Shown here in pieces: positions 37,991 to 50,414 of a DNA stretch of 64,000 nucleotides. The stretch comes from Octopus sinensis (taxonomy: Eukaryota), in NCBI RefSeq assembly GCF_006345805.1, contig NC_043005.1, positions 23,808,001-23,872,000 on the forward strand, in the 5' to 3' direction. Each line of letters starts with the position of its first letter. The first letter of the stretch is position 1. The notes under the pieces were generated by a model that had not been told where the DNA came from, made no database searches, and saw only the letters and a list, made by a program, of their open reading frames with translations. The position numbers and the translations under genes were made by a program.

Positions 37991-38203
37991 ATTTTCTACT
38001 CTAGGCACAAGGCTCGAAATTTTTGGGGAGGGGACCAGTCGATTAGATTGACTCTAGTACGCAACTGGTACTTAATTTATCGACCCCGAAAGAATGAAAG
38101 GCAAAATTAACCTCGGCGGAATTTGAACTCAGAACGTAAAGACAGACGAAATTCCGCAAAGCATTTTGTCCGGTTTGCTAACGTTTCTGCCAGCTCGCCT
38201 CTT
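37991..38203 (-). mobile_element. Meta-like tRNA SINE with 18-bp TSD
   Basis: TSD TGAACTCTAAACAATAAT at 37973-37990 and 38204-38221. Confidence 0.88.
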
Positions 38204-38499
38204 TGAACTCTAAACAATAATACAACACTTTATTTCAAATCAAACATCTTCCAACAATATTTTCTTATCAGCCTAAACTCGAAACAATGTTTCCCCTACC
38301 TATACTACTACTTTCCATAGTTACATCTATCTCAATAAAACGCCTTGCCAAAGACTATGGAAAGCCAAAAAGAACGCAGTAGTACAGTACAACAGAGGCT
38401 AGCAGGCCAAGACCATTTTTTCTTCTAAAAGTTTAGTATATGTATCCCTAAGCAAAACAAAATATATTTCGACGGACTGAAGATTAAGTATTAAATATC

Positions 38500-38847
38500 A
38501 TGGAACTCCGTCGGTTGCGACGACGAGGGTTCCAGTTGAACCAATCAACGGAACAGCCTGCTTGAGAAATTAATGTGTAAGTGGCTGAGCACTCCACAGA
38601 CACGTGTACCCTTAACGTAGTTCTAGGGGAGATTCAGCGTGACACAGAGAGTGACAAAGCCGGCCCTTTGAAATACAGGTACAACAGAGACAAGAAAAAA
38701 AGACTGAGAGAAAGCTGTGGGGAAAGAGTACAGCAGGGTTCGCTAGGACCTCCTGCCGGAGCATCGGGGAACTATACGCGCTTTCGCTCAAGAAACACTC
38801 ACAACGCCCGGCTTGGGAATCGAAACCGCAATTCCGCGACCGCGAGA
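38500..38847 (-). mobile_element. tRNA-derived SINE of a different family, head truncated at the PLE
   Basis: B-box GGTTTCGATTCCC on the minus strand. The tail (GGCTGAGCACTCCAC...TACCCTTAACGTA) is shared with the 44510 and 45820 copies. Confidence 0.7.
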
Positions 38848-40690
38848 TTTAGTAATGAATTCCTTACTGATCCTTTTTGGTATTTCTTCCGGAAATTGGT
38901 CTAACCAGAACTGTATTGCCTCCAGTCCATAATTGTGAGGTATACTGGTATACAAGTTGACTACATCAAATGAACCAGGATTGTTTCTTCCTTGGTTTTT
39001 TTGGAAGGTGGTTTAACATATCTAAGTCATCTCTGATATGGCTATCGATATGTTTAAGGAAGGGTTTCAGGAGGATGTCCATAAGTAGACTTAGTCTGTG
39101 TGTTTCACAGGTTGGGCCAGCTACAATGGGTCGTAGTTTTAGGTCCCCCGGATTAGGTGTGTGTATGTATGTCTAGTCATTGCGAACTTAACAATGGGAT
39201 ACATGGAAATAATCATTTACCAGGAATCTCTATCAATCTTTGGAAACTCCCTCTCTCAATACATAAAAGAGAATTGGAAACGATTCCTAGACGATTGTTT
39301 CATTCTCTGGAATGAAAACATAGATAAACTCCAAAAATTTAAAAACCTATTGAACAGCATAAACCCAAATATACAGTTCACAATGGAATACAACCAAAAG
39401 GAGCTCCCGTTCTTGGATATACTAATTAAAAAAATTAACCTTAAAATAGAAACAGACATTTTTTACAAAGCCACAGACGCCAAACAATACCTTCTTTTTA
39501 ATTCATGCCACCCAAGACACACTAAAACAAACATCCCCTTCAACCTTGCAAGAAGGATATGCACAATAGTGTCAGAACAAAATACCAGGAACTTTAGACT
39601 GCAAGAGCTCAAAAACACCCTAATTGACAGACATTACCCAGCTCAACTCATAGAGGATGGGATCAGACGTGCAACAGAAATCAACATAGAAACTTTAAGA
39701 AAAGTTCAACACAACAACACACCTTCCCCGAAAATACTACCTTACATATCTACATACAACCCCAGAAACAAAGAAGCCTTCACCATCATCACCCAGAATT
39801 TACCAATACTTCATAAAAACCCAAAATTAAAGGAAATTCTAAACATACACCAAATCATTAAAAGCTACAAACAGCCTAAATCACTTAAAAAGATTCTCAC
39901 AAAGGCAAAATTGTCTTCTAAAATTACGGATGCAAAAGTAAAAAAATGTGGTAGATCGAACTGTGCAACATGTCCTAACCTATTGGAAGGATCAGAATTC
40001 TAACTTTAACTTCAAGATCAAATCTAACTTTACTTGTGCCTCTGAAAACATAATTTATGTCATTAAATGCTCGGGCTGCCACCAAGACTACGTGGGTTCC
40101 ACGGGACTATCACTCAGGCGTAGATGCACACTGCATCGACAACAGATTGCATTCCCAGAATATAGAATGATACCTTTTAGTGAGCACATTGAGAAATGCG
40201 CAAAGCAACTACTGCCACAATTTTTAATCTTCCCATTTTACCAATGTGCTTTCGGATCATCAACACAAATGAGACTGAACAAGGAAACATTCTTCATTGA
40301 AAAGTACAAACCCAGACTCAACCATCCGAACATACTGACACAGAGAAATTAACAAGGGAAAGGGAAAAACCATCCGAACATACTGACACAGAGAAATGAA
40401 CAAGGGAAAAGGAAAAAAATTTTAAGCGATTATCTCCCTTACACCGGAAGAAATCACTCACTACCTCCCCTTATTTAGAAATCTCCTGAAAATAAATACA
40501 ACGATAACTCCATGCAATATAAACATAACGTCACAAGAAATTTGAAAAGCTACACGCGAACCGGTAATTTCTTTAAAAATTTTAAAATTATGTCATTTTA
40601 AGGAAGGGAAAAAAATTTTTCCAATATTCTCCAGACATTTTGACACAAATATATATATTTTTTAACATTTAAGCCTTCTGTCGTTTTTTC
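38848..40690 (+). mobile_element. Penelope-like element with inverted 5' segment (RT + GIY-YIG pseudogene)
   Basis: Minus 39170-38848 gives IHTPNPGDLKLRPIVAGPTC...FDVVNLYTSIP. Plus 39173-40352 gives ANLTMGYME, RFLDDCF, LPFLDI, HPRHTK, CGRSNCATC | NIIYVIKCSGC..YVGST..RRRCTLH. Frameshift near 40000. Confidence 0.92.
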
Positions 40691-40724
40691 ACACTTTACT
40701 ATTTTCTTATATATATATATGTAC

Positions 40725-40796
40725 TCAAAATAAGCAACAACGATATCCAAGGTAGTGTATCTACTCTACCTTGGATATCCTTGTTGCTTATTTTGA
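40725..40796. other. 72-nt near-perfect hairpin (31-bp arms, one mismatch, 10-nt loop)
   Basis: TCAAAATAAGCAACAACGATATCCAAGGTAG / CTACCTTGGATATCCTTGTTGCTTATTTTGA. Confidence 0.9.
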
Positions 40797-40912
40797 TTAT
40801 AATCACCCCATTTGATTTATATGAATAATACCATACCAAATTCTGGTGCCTTTAACTTAAGTACCCTATTCATCTGAATCTAAATTTGCTGAACTTATAT
40901 ATATATGTATAT

Positions 40913-41255
40913 GAGTGGCTGTGTGGTAAGTAGCTTGCTTTCCAACCACATGGTTCCGGGTTCAGTCCCACTGCGTGGCACCTTGGGCAAGTGTCTTCTA
41001 CTATAGCCTCGGGCCGACCAAAGCCTTGTGAGTGGATTTGGTAGACGGAAACCGAAAGAAGCCCGTCGTATATATGTATGTATGTATATATGTATGTATG
41101 TATATATGTGTGTATGTATATGTTTGTGTGTCTGTGTTTGTCTCCCTCCCAACATCGCTTGACAACCGATGCTAGTGTGTCTACGTCCCCGCAACTTAGC
41201 GGTTCGGCAAAAGGGACCGATAGGATAAGCACTAGGCTTACAAAGAATAAGTCCT
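40913..41255 (+). mobile_element. CORE-like tRNA SINE with internal (TATG)n
   Basis: Head TGGCTGTGTGGTAAG...GGTTCAGTCCC, then the CORE-like GCACCTTGGGCAAGTGTCTT. Confidence 0.8.
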
Positions 41256-41394
41256 ATCACAGTTCACTTAACGTGGTTTATTATTTAAGATTACATCGAT
41301 TCCTTTGTGGTGTTGTTTTGCATTTATGATAAAATAAATATATACAAATTATAAAAATAATAATAAAAAGTATACAGTACGGGACTGTTTCTAC

Positions 41395-41463
41395 TTCGAG
41401 GATTTCCACCTATCGCAGGGGCTTTTGAAACGCAAGACACTCGCGATAGTCGAGGGATTATTG
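41395..41463 (+). mobile_element. Probable pogo/Tigger-type terminal fragment
   Basis: CCTATCGCAGGG...GCGATAGTCGAGGGATTATTG|TA resembles Tigger-type right ends (from memory, not aligned). Confidence 0.4.
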
Positions 41464-41689
41464 TATATATCGCATCATTAATAATATATTTAAAAGAAAA
41501 GGTGTTTCTCTGTATGTCCTGTTACGCATGCCCAGTGATACACATTAACTGGTTGTAGCGTTTTCCAGACCGGAGTACATGTTTATGCGCATATGCGAAG
41601 ACAAAAATTATCATCAACGCTATTTGAAATTTTTACTTCGCGGTTCAGTCTTACGATCTATTCATACTAATTGATTTGGTTTTTTGATA

Positions 41690-41878
41690 CGGGCGAAATG
41701 CTTAGCGGTATTTCGTCTGTCATTACGTTCTGAGTTCAAATTCCGCTGAGGTCGACTTTGACTTTCATCCTTTCGGGGTCGATAAATTAAGTATCAGTTG
41801 CGTACTGGGGTTGATCTAATCGACTGACACCCTCCCTCTAAAATTTTGGGCCTTGGGCCTACAGTAGAAAAGAATATA
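41690..41878 (+). mobile_element. Meta-like tRNA SINE (head partly missing)
   Basis: GTTCTGAGTTCAAATTCC...TTTCATCCTTTCGGGGTCGATAAATTAAGTA. Confidence 0.85.
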
Positions 41879-42764
41879 TCTTATTAATTTATCATTTTTT
41901 TTTTAATATTAAATGCACGTTCTGTTAATAACTGCTTCATAGTATTTCATCTTCTAGGTCTCTGCTTTAATTTTTTTATTTCATTTTAGACTGATGTATC
42001 ACCTTTATATGTTCATTTAACATGCTAGAAACACCATGTTCTGTTACTACTTTGTAGTATTTCATCTTCAAGGTATCTGCTTTAAATTTTTATAATTTAG
42101 ATTGATGCATTACCTCTATATATTCGTTCAACATGCTAGAAGTATCAGTCAAATCACCATCGCCTCACACCTTTTGAAGCACTTAAGAACCTCGAATAAA
42201 TGTTTAACTACTAGGAGTGATGTTTTTTTTTTTACTATCCACATTACAAAAAATACAACTTAGCTGAAATTAAGACATCCATCTAAGACTGATGTAATTT
42301 TTCGATATACATAAGACAAACGTTTTTATGTTGAAGTTGATCTGATATGTATTTCATCCACGAAATCCTAGGTTGCTATTTTTCACAAGGGTTTTGTGGT
42401 TTCTTTACATTATATTTGTATATATATATTTATAACAATTGCATCTTCGAAGATATTTGTTAGCCATTCAAAGAAAAAAACCCCATTAGATTCACTTCAA
42501 CATTAAATTTTCAAAAACAATTGCAGCATGGAAGATGTTTGTAAGCCGTTTAAGAACACACAAAAAACCGTTAGATTCACTTCAACATTTAAATTTAATT
42601 TGTGTCAAAATATTTTCGCTCTGAAACCGTGTATTTAAATGGCTTACAATCATCTTCCATACAGAAATTGTTTTTATTTCAGTACACGATCTCAGATCAA
42701 GTCACTTGCTATGCAAGTACATCTCAGTAATTTAATTTTTATTTGTGTCAGAATCTTCGTTGCT

Positions 42765-43945
42765 CGACCGGTATCACAGATGAACTTTATCCAGGACAGA
42801 CACCAGCTGACAAACCAGATTTAAATGACAGAGCATTTAATATGAAACTTAGGGATCCCTTGCATGATATTTTGGTGAAGAATGTTTTGGGAGAGGCTGC
42901 AGGGCACATGTGAACTATAGAGTTTGAAAAGCATGGACTGCCCCATTGTCATATGTTGTTCCTATTAAAAAAAGATCCAGAACATTATGATAAATTTGTT
43001 TAAGTAGAACTTCCAAATCCACAAACACAACCAATTCTATTTCAACATGTCATCAAAAGCATTCTACACGTAAAAACATTTCCCTAGAGACTGTCAGGAA
43101 AATACATTACGCAGTTATAATGGCTATCCACTTTACCGCCGTCGAAATAATGGTTTTACATTTACAAAGTCTAATATTGAATTCGACAATCGTTCAGTAG
43201 TACCATATTCCCCTTCTTTGTAGTCAAATACGGAGGTCATTGTGATATAGAGATATGTGCATCTGTAAAATCAGTTAAATATATTAGCAAATATATTCGT
43301 AAAGGTCATGATCGGGTGACAGTCAATATTAGTGGACAAACCAATGCACAACATATATACAAAGAAGAAACTGAAAATTATATATCAATGGCCGCTATAT
43401 ATCCTCATCAGAGGCAGTCTGGAGGATTTTTAGATTCAAATTACTTGGATCATATCCAACAGTCAAACAGCTTACAGTTCATTGACTCCAACAGCAATAC
43501 ATTTACTTTAATGACGATGATAATATTGAACATGTTATCCACACACATGACAGGTCCACTCTCACTGAATGGATGTGAGTTAACCGGAAAGCACCAGCTA
43601 GCTCATTTGCACGTACATTATACTATACTGATTCCCATGAATTTTACACATGGAATAATAGTGAGGAAATGTGGCATCTCAGAAGAAACAATAGACACTC
43701 AGTTGAGCGTATCTACTTTGTTTCACGAAAGGAACAAGAGCAATTCTATCTGAGAGCTTTACTATATCATATTCTCGGAGCTGCATCATTCTATATGAGG
43801 ACTATTAATGGTGTAATTTGCCATAGTTACAAAGAGGCTGCAATGGGTTTAGCACATGATGACCGTGAATACTATCGGACTATGGAGTTTACAAATATTT
43901 CAGCTATTCCATATCAGATGTGAAAACGTTTCTACTCCATTCTTA
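42765..43945 (+). mobile_element. Helitron RepHel pseudogene fragment (Rep domain)
   Basis: TIEFEKHGLPHCHML (HUH motif), GYPLYRRR, DNRSVVPY, VKYISKYIRKGHD (Y2 motif), RYISSSEAVWRIF, FYLRALL and SYKEAA; many stops and frameshifts. Confidence 0.88.
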
Positions 43946-44050
43946 ATTACCGCATTCTATATGTATACTTATGTATATATATTACATAAATATATGATAC
44001 AATGTAAAATACGGTATCTTAAATATAGCGTGTTTGCACTAGTATATACA

Positions 44051-44109
<59 letters not shown>

Positions 44110-44190
44110 CAGTGCGAGCACGCTATCTTTAAGATGGGTGTCTAGTGCCAAGTCGGCTCTGCTGGCCACAACATTTGTTCCATTCCCCTC

Positions 44191-44282
<92 letters not shown>

Positions 44283-44509
44283 AGAAGGTTGAAAAGGAAC
44301 ACACGAGTTGATATATATGGAAAAAAGGCAAGGTAGAAAATGCTAAAATAATTTTATAAAATATACGTTGTTCCTATCATTTTTCTTAAATTGTCTTCCC
44401 ACCTGATTGGAGGTCTTCCGAGCATTCAGTGAATATTTCAAAAGAAATACAGGCTCGGTTACTAGCTGATGATCAGAAGCGAGTAACTCTTACTACTGGA
44501 AATTGAAGC

Positions 44510-44812
44510 CTTACTTATGATGACAAGTGCTCCAGTTGATGCGATCAAGCGAACAGCTAACTTGTGAAACATGTAAATGGTGAGCACTCCACGGATACGC
44601 GTACCCTTAACGTATTTCTCAGGTAGAGTTAGCGAGATACAGAATGTTGACGAGGCTGGCCTCTGAAATACAGCTACCACTCATTTTTGTCAGTTGAGTG
44701 AACTGGAGCGACGTGAAATAAAGGGCCTGCTCAAGGACACAACGCGCCGCCAAGAACAGAACCCCGACCTTACGATCATGAACCGAATATCCTAACTATT
44801 AAGCCATTCGCA
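44510..44812 (-). mobile_element. tRNA-derived SINE (duplicated at 45820-46120)
   Basis: Minus-strand head ...ATGATCGTAAGGTCGG...GTGTCCTTGAGC...TTTATTTCACGT; tail shared with 38500. Confidence 0.7.
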
Positions 44813-45279
44813 CAAACACACAGACACACAGATATACACACATAATACTATATAACATACAAATATATTATAACATACAAGCATACTACTACATAACAAC
44901 ATACAACATACATACATACATACACACACTTAATATGCACATACAAATGTATATATACATGCATACATGCATTGCATCTACATGCATGCATACATGCATG
45001 TATGCATGCATACATACATGCATACATACATACATACATACATACATACATACATACATACATGCGTACATACATACATGCATACATACATACATGCATA
45101 CATATATACATTCATACATGCATACATACATACATACATGCATACATACATACATTTATTTTTATTCCCTCGGGAATAATATCAATGCTTACTTCAAAAC
45201 ATATGTTGGAAGTATAAGTGATTTGAATAGCACCTGCGTTTGGCTCCATTTCTTAATTTATCTGTTATATATATATATA

Positions 45280-45420
45280 AATTATAATTTAGGGTATCTA
45301 ACACGCTGGAAGTAGCAGCCAAAGCTAGTGCTGTTATGAACATTTAATGTGGTTTTAGGATCAAGTTTTGGCTGCTATTTCCAGCGTGTTAGTATCTCTT
45401 AGACACCCTAAATTATAATT
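45280..45420. mobile_element. Fold-back MITE-like element (second copy 46432-46571)
   Basis: Arms AATTATAATTTAGGGT.TCTA and CTAACACGCTGGAA.TAGCAGCCAAA are both inverted at the other end. Confidence 0.7.
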
Positions 45421-45525
45421 TTCATAGTAATTATTACCTTTGAAGGTTTCTATTCCACTTGATAAGATCGATCTTATCCTTAACGATCTTATCTTTATGT
45501 ATATATATATATCATATATATATAT

Positions 45526-45570
<45 letters not shown>

Positions 45571-46684
45571 TGTGTGTGGGTGTGTGTGTGTGTAGAAGTT
45601 GAAAAGGAACACACGAGTTGATATATATGGAAAAAAGGCAAGGTAGAAAATGCTAAAATAATTTTATAAAATATACGTTGTTCCTATCATTTTTCTTAAA
45701 TTGTCTTCCCACCTGATTGAGGTCTTCCGCATTCAGTGAATATTTCAAAAGAAATACAGGCTCGGTTACTAGCTGATGATCAGAAGCGAGTAACTCTTAT
45801 TACTGGAAATTGAACCCTTACTTATGATGACAAGTGCTCCAGTTGATGCGATCAAGCGAACAGCTAACTTGTGAAACATGTAAATGGCTGAGCACTCCAC
45901 GGATACGCGTACCCTTAACGTATTTCTCAGGTAGAGTTAGCGAGATACAGAATGTGACGAGGCTGGCCCTCTGAAATACAGCTACCACTCATTTTTGTCA
46001 GTTGAGTGAACTGGAGCGACGTGAAATAAAGGGCCTTGCTCAAGGACACAACGCGCCGCCAAGAACAGAACTCCCGACCTTACGATCATGAACCGAATAT
46101 CCTAACTATTAAGCCATTCGCACAAACACACAGACACACAGATATACACACATATATACATATATACATACAAATATATATATACATACAAGCATACATA
46201 CATACATACATACATACATGCGTACATACATACATGCATACATACATACATGCATACATATATACATGCATACATGCATACATACATACATGCATACATA
46301 CATACATTTATTTTTATTCCCTCGGGAATAATATCAATGCTTACTTCAAAACATATGTTGGAAGTATAAGTGATTTGAATAGCACCTGCGTTTGGCTCCA
46401 TTTCTTAATTTATCTGTTATATATATATATAAATTATAATTTAGGGTATCTAACACGCTGGAAGTAGCAGCCAAAGCTAGTGCTGTATGAACATTTAATG
46501 TGGTTTTAGGATCCAATTTTGGCTGCTATTTCCAGCGTGTTAGTATCTCTTAGACACCCTAAATTATAATTTTCATAGTAATTATTACCTTTGAAGGTTT
46601 CTATTCCCACTTGATAAGATCGATCTTATCCTTAACGATCTTATCTTTATATATATATATATATAGATATATATATATATATAT

Positions 46685-46739
<55 letters not shown>

Positions 46740-46843
46740 TATATATATATATACATATATATGTATATGTATATACATATATAATGTTGTGTGGTGTGTG
46801 TATTATATACACATACATGCATATATATAGTTATATATGTATG

Positions 46844-46877
<34 letters not shown>

Positions 46878-47216
46878 TGTATGCATGCATGCATGCATGT
46901 ATGTATGTATGCATGCATGTATGTATATAACGGAGAACAATTGCAGTTGACAAGTGCCTCGCCACCGGGACTTGCAAATACTATGGAGTAAAATTTCATT
47001 AGCTTCATTAACTACTTGGTGGTAACGCTACAACTAAGCATAATTATAACATACACATGTGTATGTATATGTGTGTATGTGTTTCGTACGAACTTGTGTG
47101 CGTGTGTGTAAGAGTGTGAGAGAGTGTGCGCGTGTCTTTTGTGATGAACGTGTGTGTGTGTGTGCGTGCGCGTATGTGTCAGTGTATGCGGGTGCTATGT
47201 ATGAACATGGGCGTGT

Positions 47217-47274
<58 letters not shown>

Positions 47275-47792
47275 GATTTCCATCGGGAAAATAACAAGAA
47301 AACCCATTGTAAGTCCTAACTGAATGAACCGATGCCAGATTAACTTCTCGTTTCCTGCAATATCAGCAAGGCATTAACAATTCATTCGTTAACACTGCAG
47401 TTGATTAATTAGTTTGATCAATTTGGAAAATATCTATTGATTTCTTAAACGGAACGCTGCCAGTTTTTGCATGCTAATGGTAACAGTCAATTGAATCGAT
47501 GCCAGCGCTGAATGAAGATGTATGTAATGAAAAAGATTCGACCTTGTGACCATCACGTCTTTTAGTTTTAGATGTAGGGTATGTTGAGTTACATTATGAA
47601 ATGTTTCCTTCTATTTTGAAGATGGTAAAATGCGGTTTGATAGGTATTTGGCTGCTATTTTCAGTAAATTGGACGATCGCGAAGGAGCTCGTTTTGAATA
47701 GGTGTATTTAGTTGAATCTTTCACACACTATAACCGCTACACACACACACACACATACGCGCGCGCACACACATACGCGCGCGCACACACAT

Positions 47793-47837
<45 letters not shown>

Positions 47838-47905
47838 CATGTATGTACATGATTGACCGCTAGCTCCAAAAGTTTTTTATTCTCTCTGTTTATTTCATCG
47901 TGTTC

Positions 47906-47941
47906 CTTTCTGTTAGAGAGCGTATGCTCGAAACGTAAAAG
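47906..47941 (+). ncRNA. Hammerhead-like minimal fold with non-canonical core, in a second PLE-terminus-like repeat (about 47870-48030)
   Basis: cuuu CUGUUAGA GAGC guau GCUC GAA ACGU A aaag: 4-bp stems I and II, palindromic ACGU, GUA cleavage triplet; core deviates from CUGANGA. Confidence 0.45.
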
Positions 47942-48086
47942 ACTTTCTCACCTTCTCGAACGTTAAACTAAATCACCAGTTTGTTGCTTATACACCTGTC
48001 TTCGTCTTTTGTTTTTCTGTAAATTTCAACTACGTATATATATAGATATATATACATATGCATATACATACATACATACTACATAC

Positions 48087-48189
<103 letters not shown>

Positions 48190-48379
48190 GGGTAAAATTT
48201 TATTAGCTTCATTAACTACTTGGTGGTAACGCTACAACTAAGCATAATTATAATATACACATATGTATGTATATGTGTGTATGTGTTTCGCACGAACTTG
48301 TGTGCGTGTGTGTTGAGATTTATGCATATATATATATATATGCATATATATATATTTATACTTACATACATATGCATAT

Positions 48380-49310
48380 ATTGGTACAGAATGTCACCAA
48401 CAGTAAACAATATGAAATACGAAAACAAATTAGTTTAATACGTAAACAACGAGAGAAAGAAATGGAAAACCGGACAAGTAACATAAAGAACGACCTTTCA
48501 TCAGTTGTCGAGTGTCTATCTACTTCTCATTTCGAGCAGTGCACGACGGTATGAGTCTTCGAAGACAGTTGCTCCTATAAGTATCGAAATAAAATTTGAG
48601 ATTTATGGCAGGTCAAAGTTGAGAACAAAAACAGGACAGTGGAGACATACAAGGAAACCGATTAGAAACAAGCATGGAGGGTCGTTAGACCAGAACGAGG
48701 ATAAAGTAGCGAACTAGAAATATTTTCTTTGACAAAAGAAATGATAGAGAGATAGGATAGTGCAGTCCTTAGGACAGTCCTGAAGGTAAAGAAAGATGAT
48801 CATGTAAGGAAAAGGAAGATGGGCAATGGTCACGTGTGAGCAACGAGAGAGAACAGGAGAAAGAGGGCAGGAGAGAGAGAGACAGATAAAAAACGGTGAT
48901 GGGGAGAAAAAGGGAAAACGGTGGGGGAAAAAACAGTATAAGTTGCATCAAAAAGATGAAGATAAACTTAGTTGTAAATGGATGCGTGGCGTTCAGTTAA
49001 AAATAATATAGATAATATATATATGCATATATACATATATATACATATATATATATGTATATATATATATATGTACATATGGGTACAGGACGTCACCAAC
49101 AGTAAACCACATGAAATATGAAAACAAATGAGTTCGATAAACAAACAACGAGAGAAACAAATGGAAAACAGAACAAGTAACATAAAGAACGACCCTTCAT
49201 CAGTTGTCTGCTCTCTATTGACTCCTTATTTCGAGCATTGAACGACAATATAAGTCTTCGAAGGCAGTTGCTTCCATAAGTACCAAAATAAAATTTAAGA
49301 TTTATGGAGT
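48380..49310 (+). repeat. Two copies (48380-48620, 49080-49310) of an unclassified (TA)n-adjacent repeat
   Basis: Shared GGTACAG.A.GTCACCAACAGTAAAC...AACATAAAGAACGACC.TTCATCAGTTGTC...TCTTCGAAG.CAGTTGC. Confidence 0.75.
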
Positions 49311-50414
49311 GTCAAACATAACTACAAGCATACCGTGTACATGCACAAATACACACACATATATACATATATAGATAGATAGATTTATGTGTATATGTAT
49401 GCATGTGTGTGTGTAAACTAGTTTATGACTACCTAAAGTGAAGTTATTCCTAGCAGACAGTGTCCAGATTCGAAACTTAAAAGGACGAACCTAGTCCCAA
49501 CTTTGTGGTTTAATTTCTTCATTAGATGTTGTTAATCCACGTAATTGAATTATCAACTGAAACTATTGGTGGTGAAGTGTGGGGTGACTCATGTGATCCA
49601 GTACATCGTCGAAGACACGTCAGAGACTCTGGCTCCCAGGAATGCATTCATGACAGTTAAGTAGATTCAGGCTTCTTTTTGTCTTTCATTATTTTGTCAG
49701 ACAAAAGAGCACAGCCGGTAAAATCTTTAGAATATTGAATAAAATTCTTGCAGTGTTTGTTCCGGCATTTACGTTCTGCTACCGAGTTAAAATTTAGCAG
49801 TCGTCTTTCCTGTGTCACAGTGAATGGACAAACACTAACACTGTCTGAAAGTTCAAGTATCTGTGATGCTAGGAGTTTGCGTGTGGCTGCGTGTAAAGAA
49901 CGTAACAACACCTCGCGAACAATTAATGGTAACTTTATTTCATCGCACAAATAATTTTCCTGTCGGCCATTAATTAAAAACTGCAACAACAAAGTTCAAC
50001 TGGAAAGATATCATTTAGCTTTTACAAATATTTGAATTGAAAGACTCTGTAATTAAGTTGCCGAGACACAAGTAACTATACTCACTGGGTTCATGACTTC
50101 GAACTGTGGCTGGTGTCTACTAGGTTAAGTAAATAGCCATTTGAACAACTTTTAAAAGCATCAAGTGAATCGGCCGGTCTCTGTGCAAATGTCTGGAAAG
50201 AGTGAAGAAGTCATTTCGCCCAGTTCATCTCCTAAACTCTGCGAAGTTGGCACTAAAATTCATGCCTATTTTTAACCCTTGTAAGGAAATGCTCTAACGG
50301 TTTCTAAAATGATCTATCATTTGATGTCTGGCTGCTGATTGGGTGATAACTCGGTCGTTCAAGGGAACAAGCTGTTCCTAAGTTGTGGTCTTAACTTGGC
50401 AATTTGTCATCTTG

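Larger units (their letters stand above)
44281..46790. repeat. Tandem duplication of a 1.2-1.3 kb unit (44281-45590 / 45592-46790)
   Basis: Both units contain the same unique sequence, SINE, (CATA)n tract and fold-back element. Confidence 0.92.

Noticed and set aside
48480-49230. CTGATGA motif on the minus strand of the 48380/49080 repeat as a hammerhead
   Set aside because: No GAAA follows the potential stem II, so the core is incomplete.
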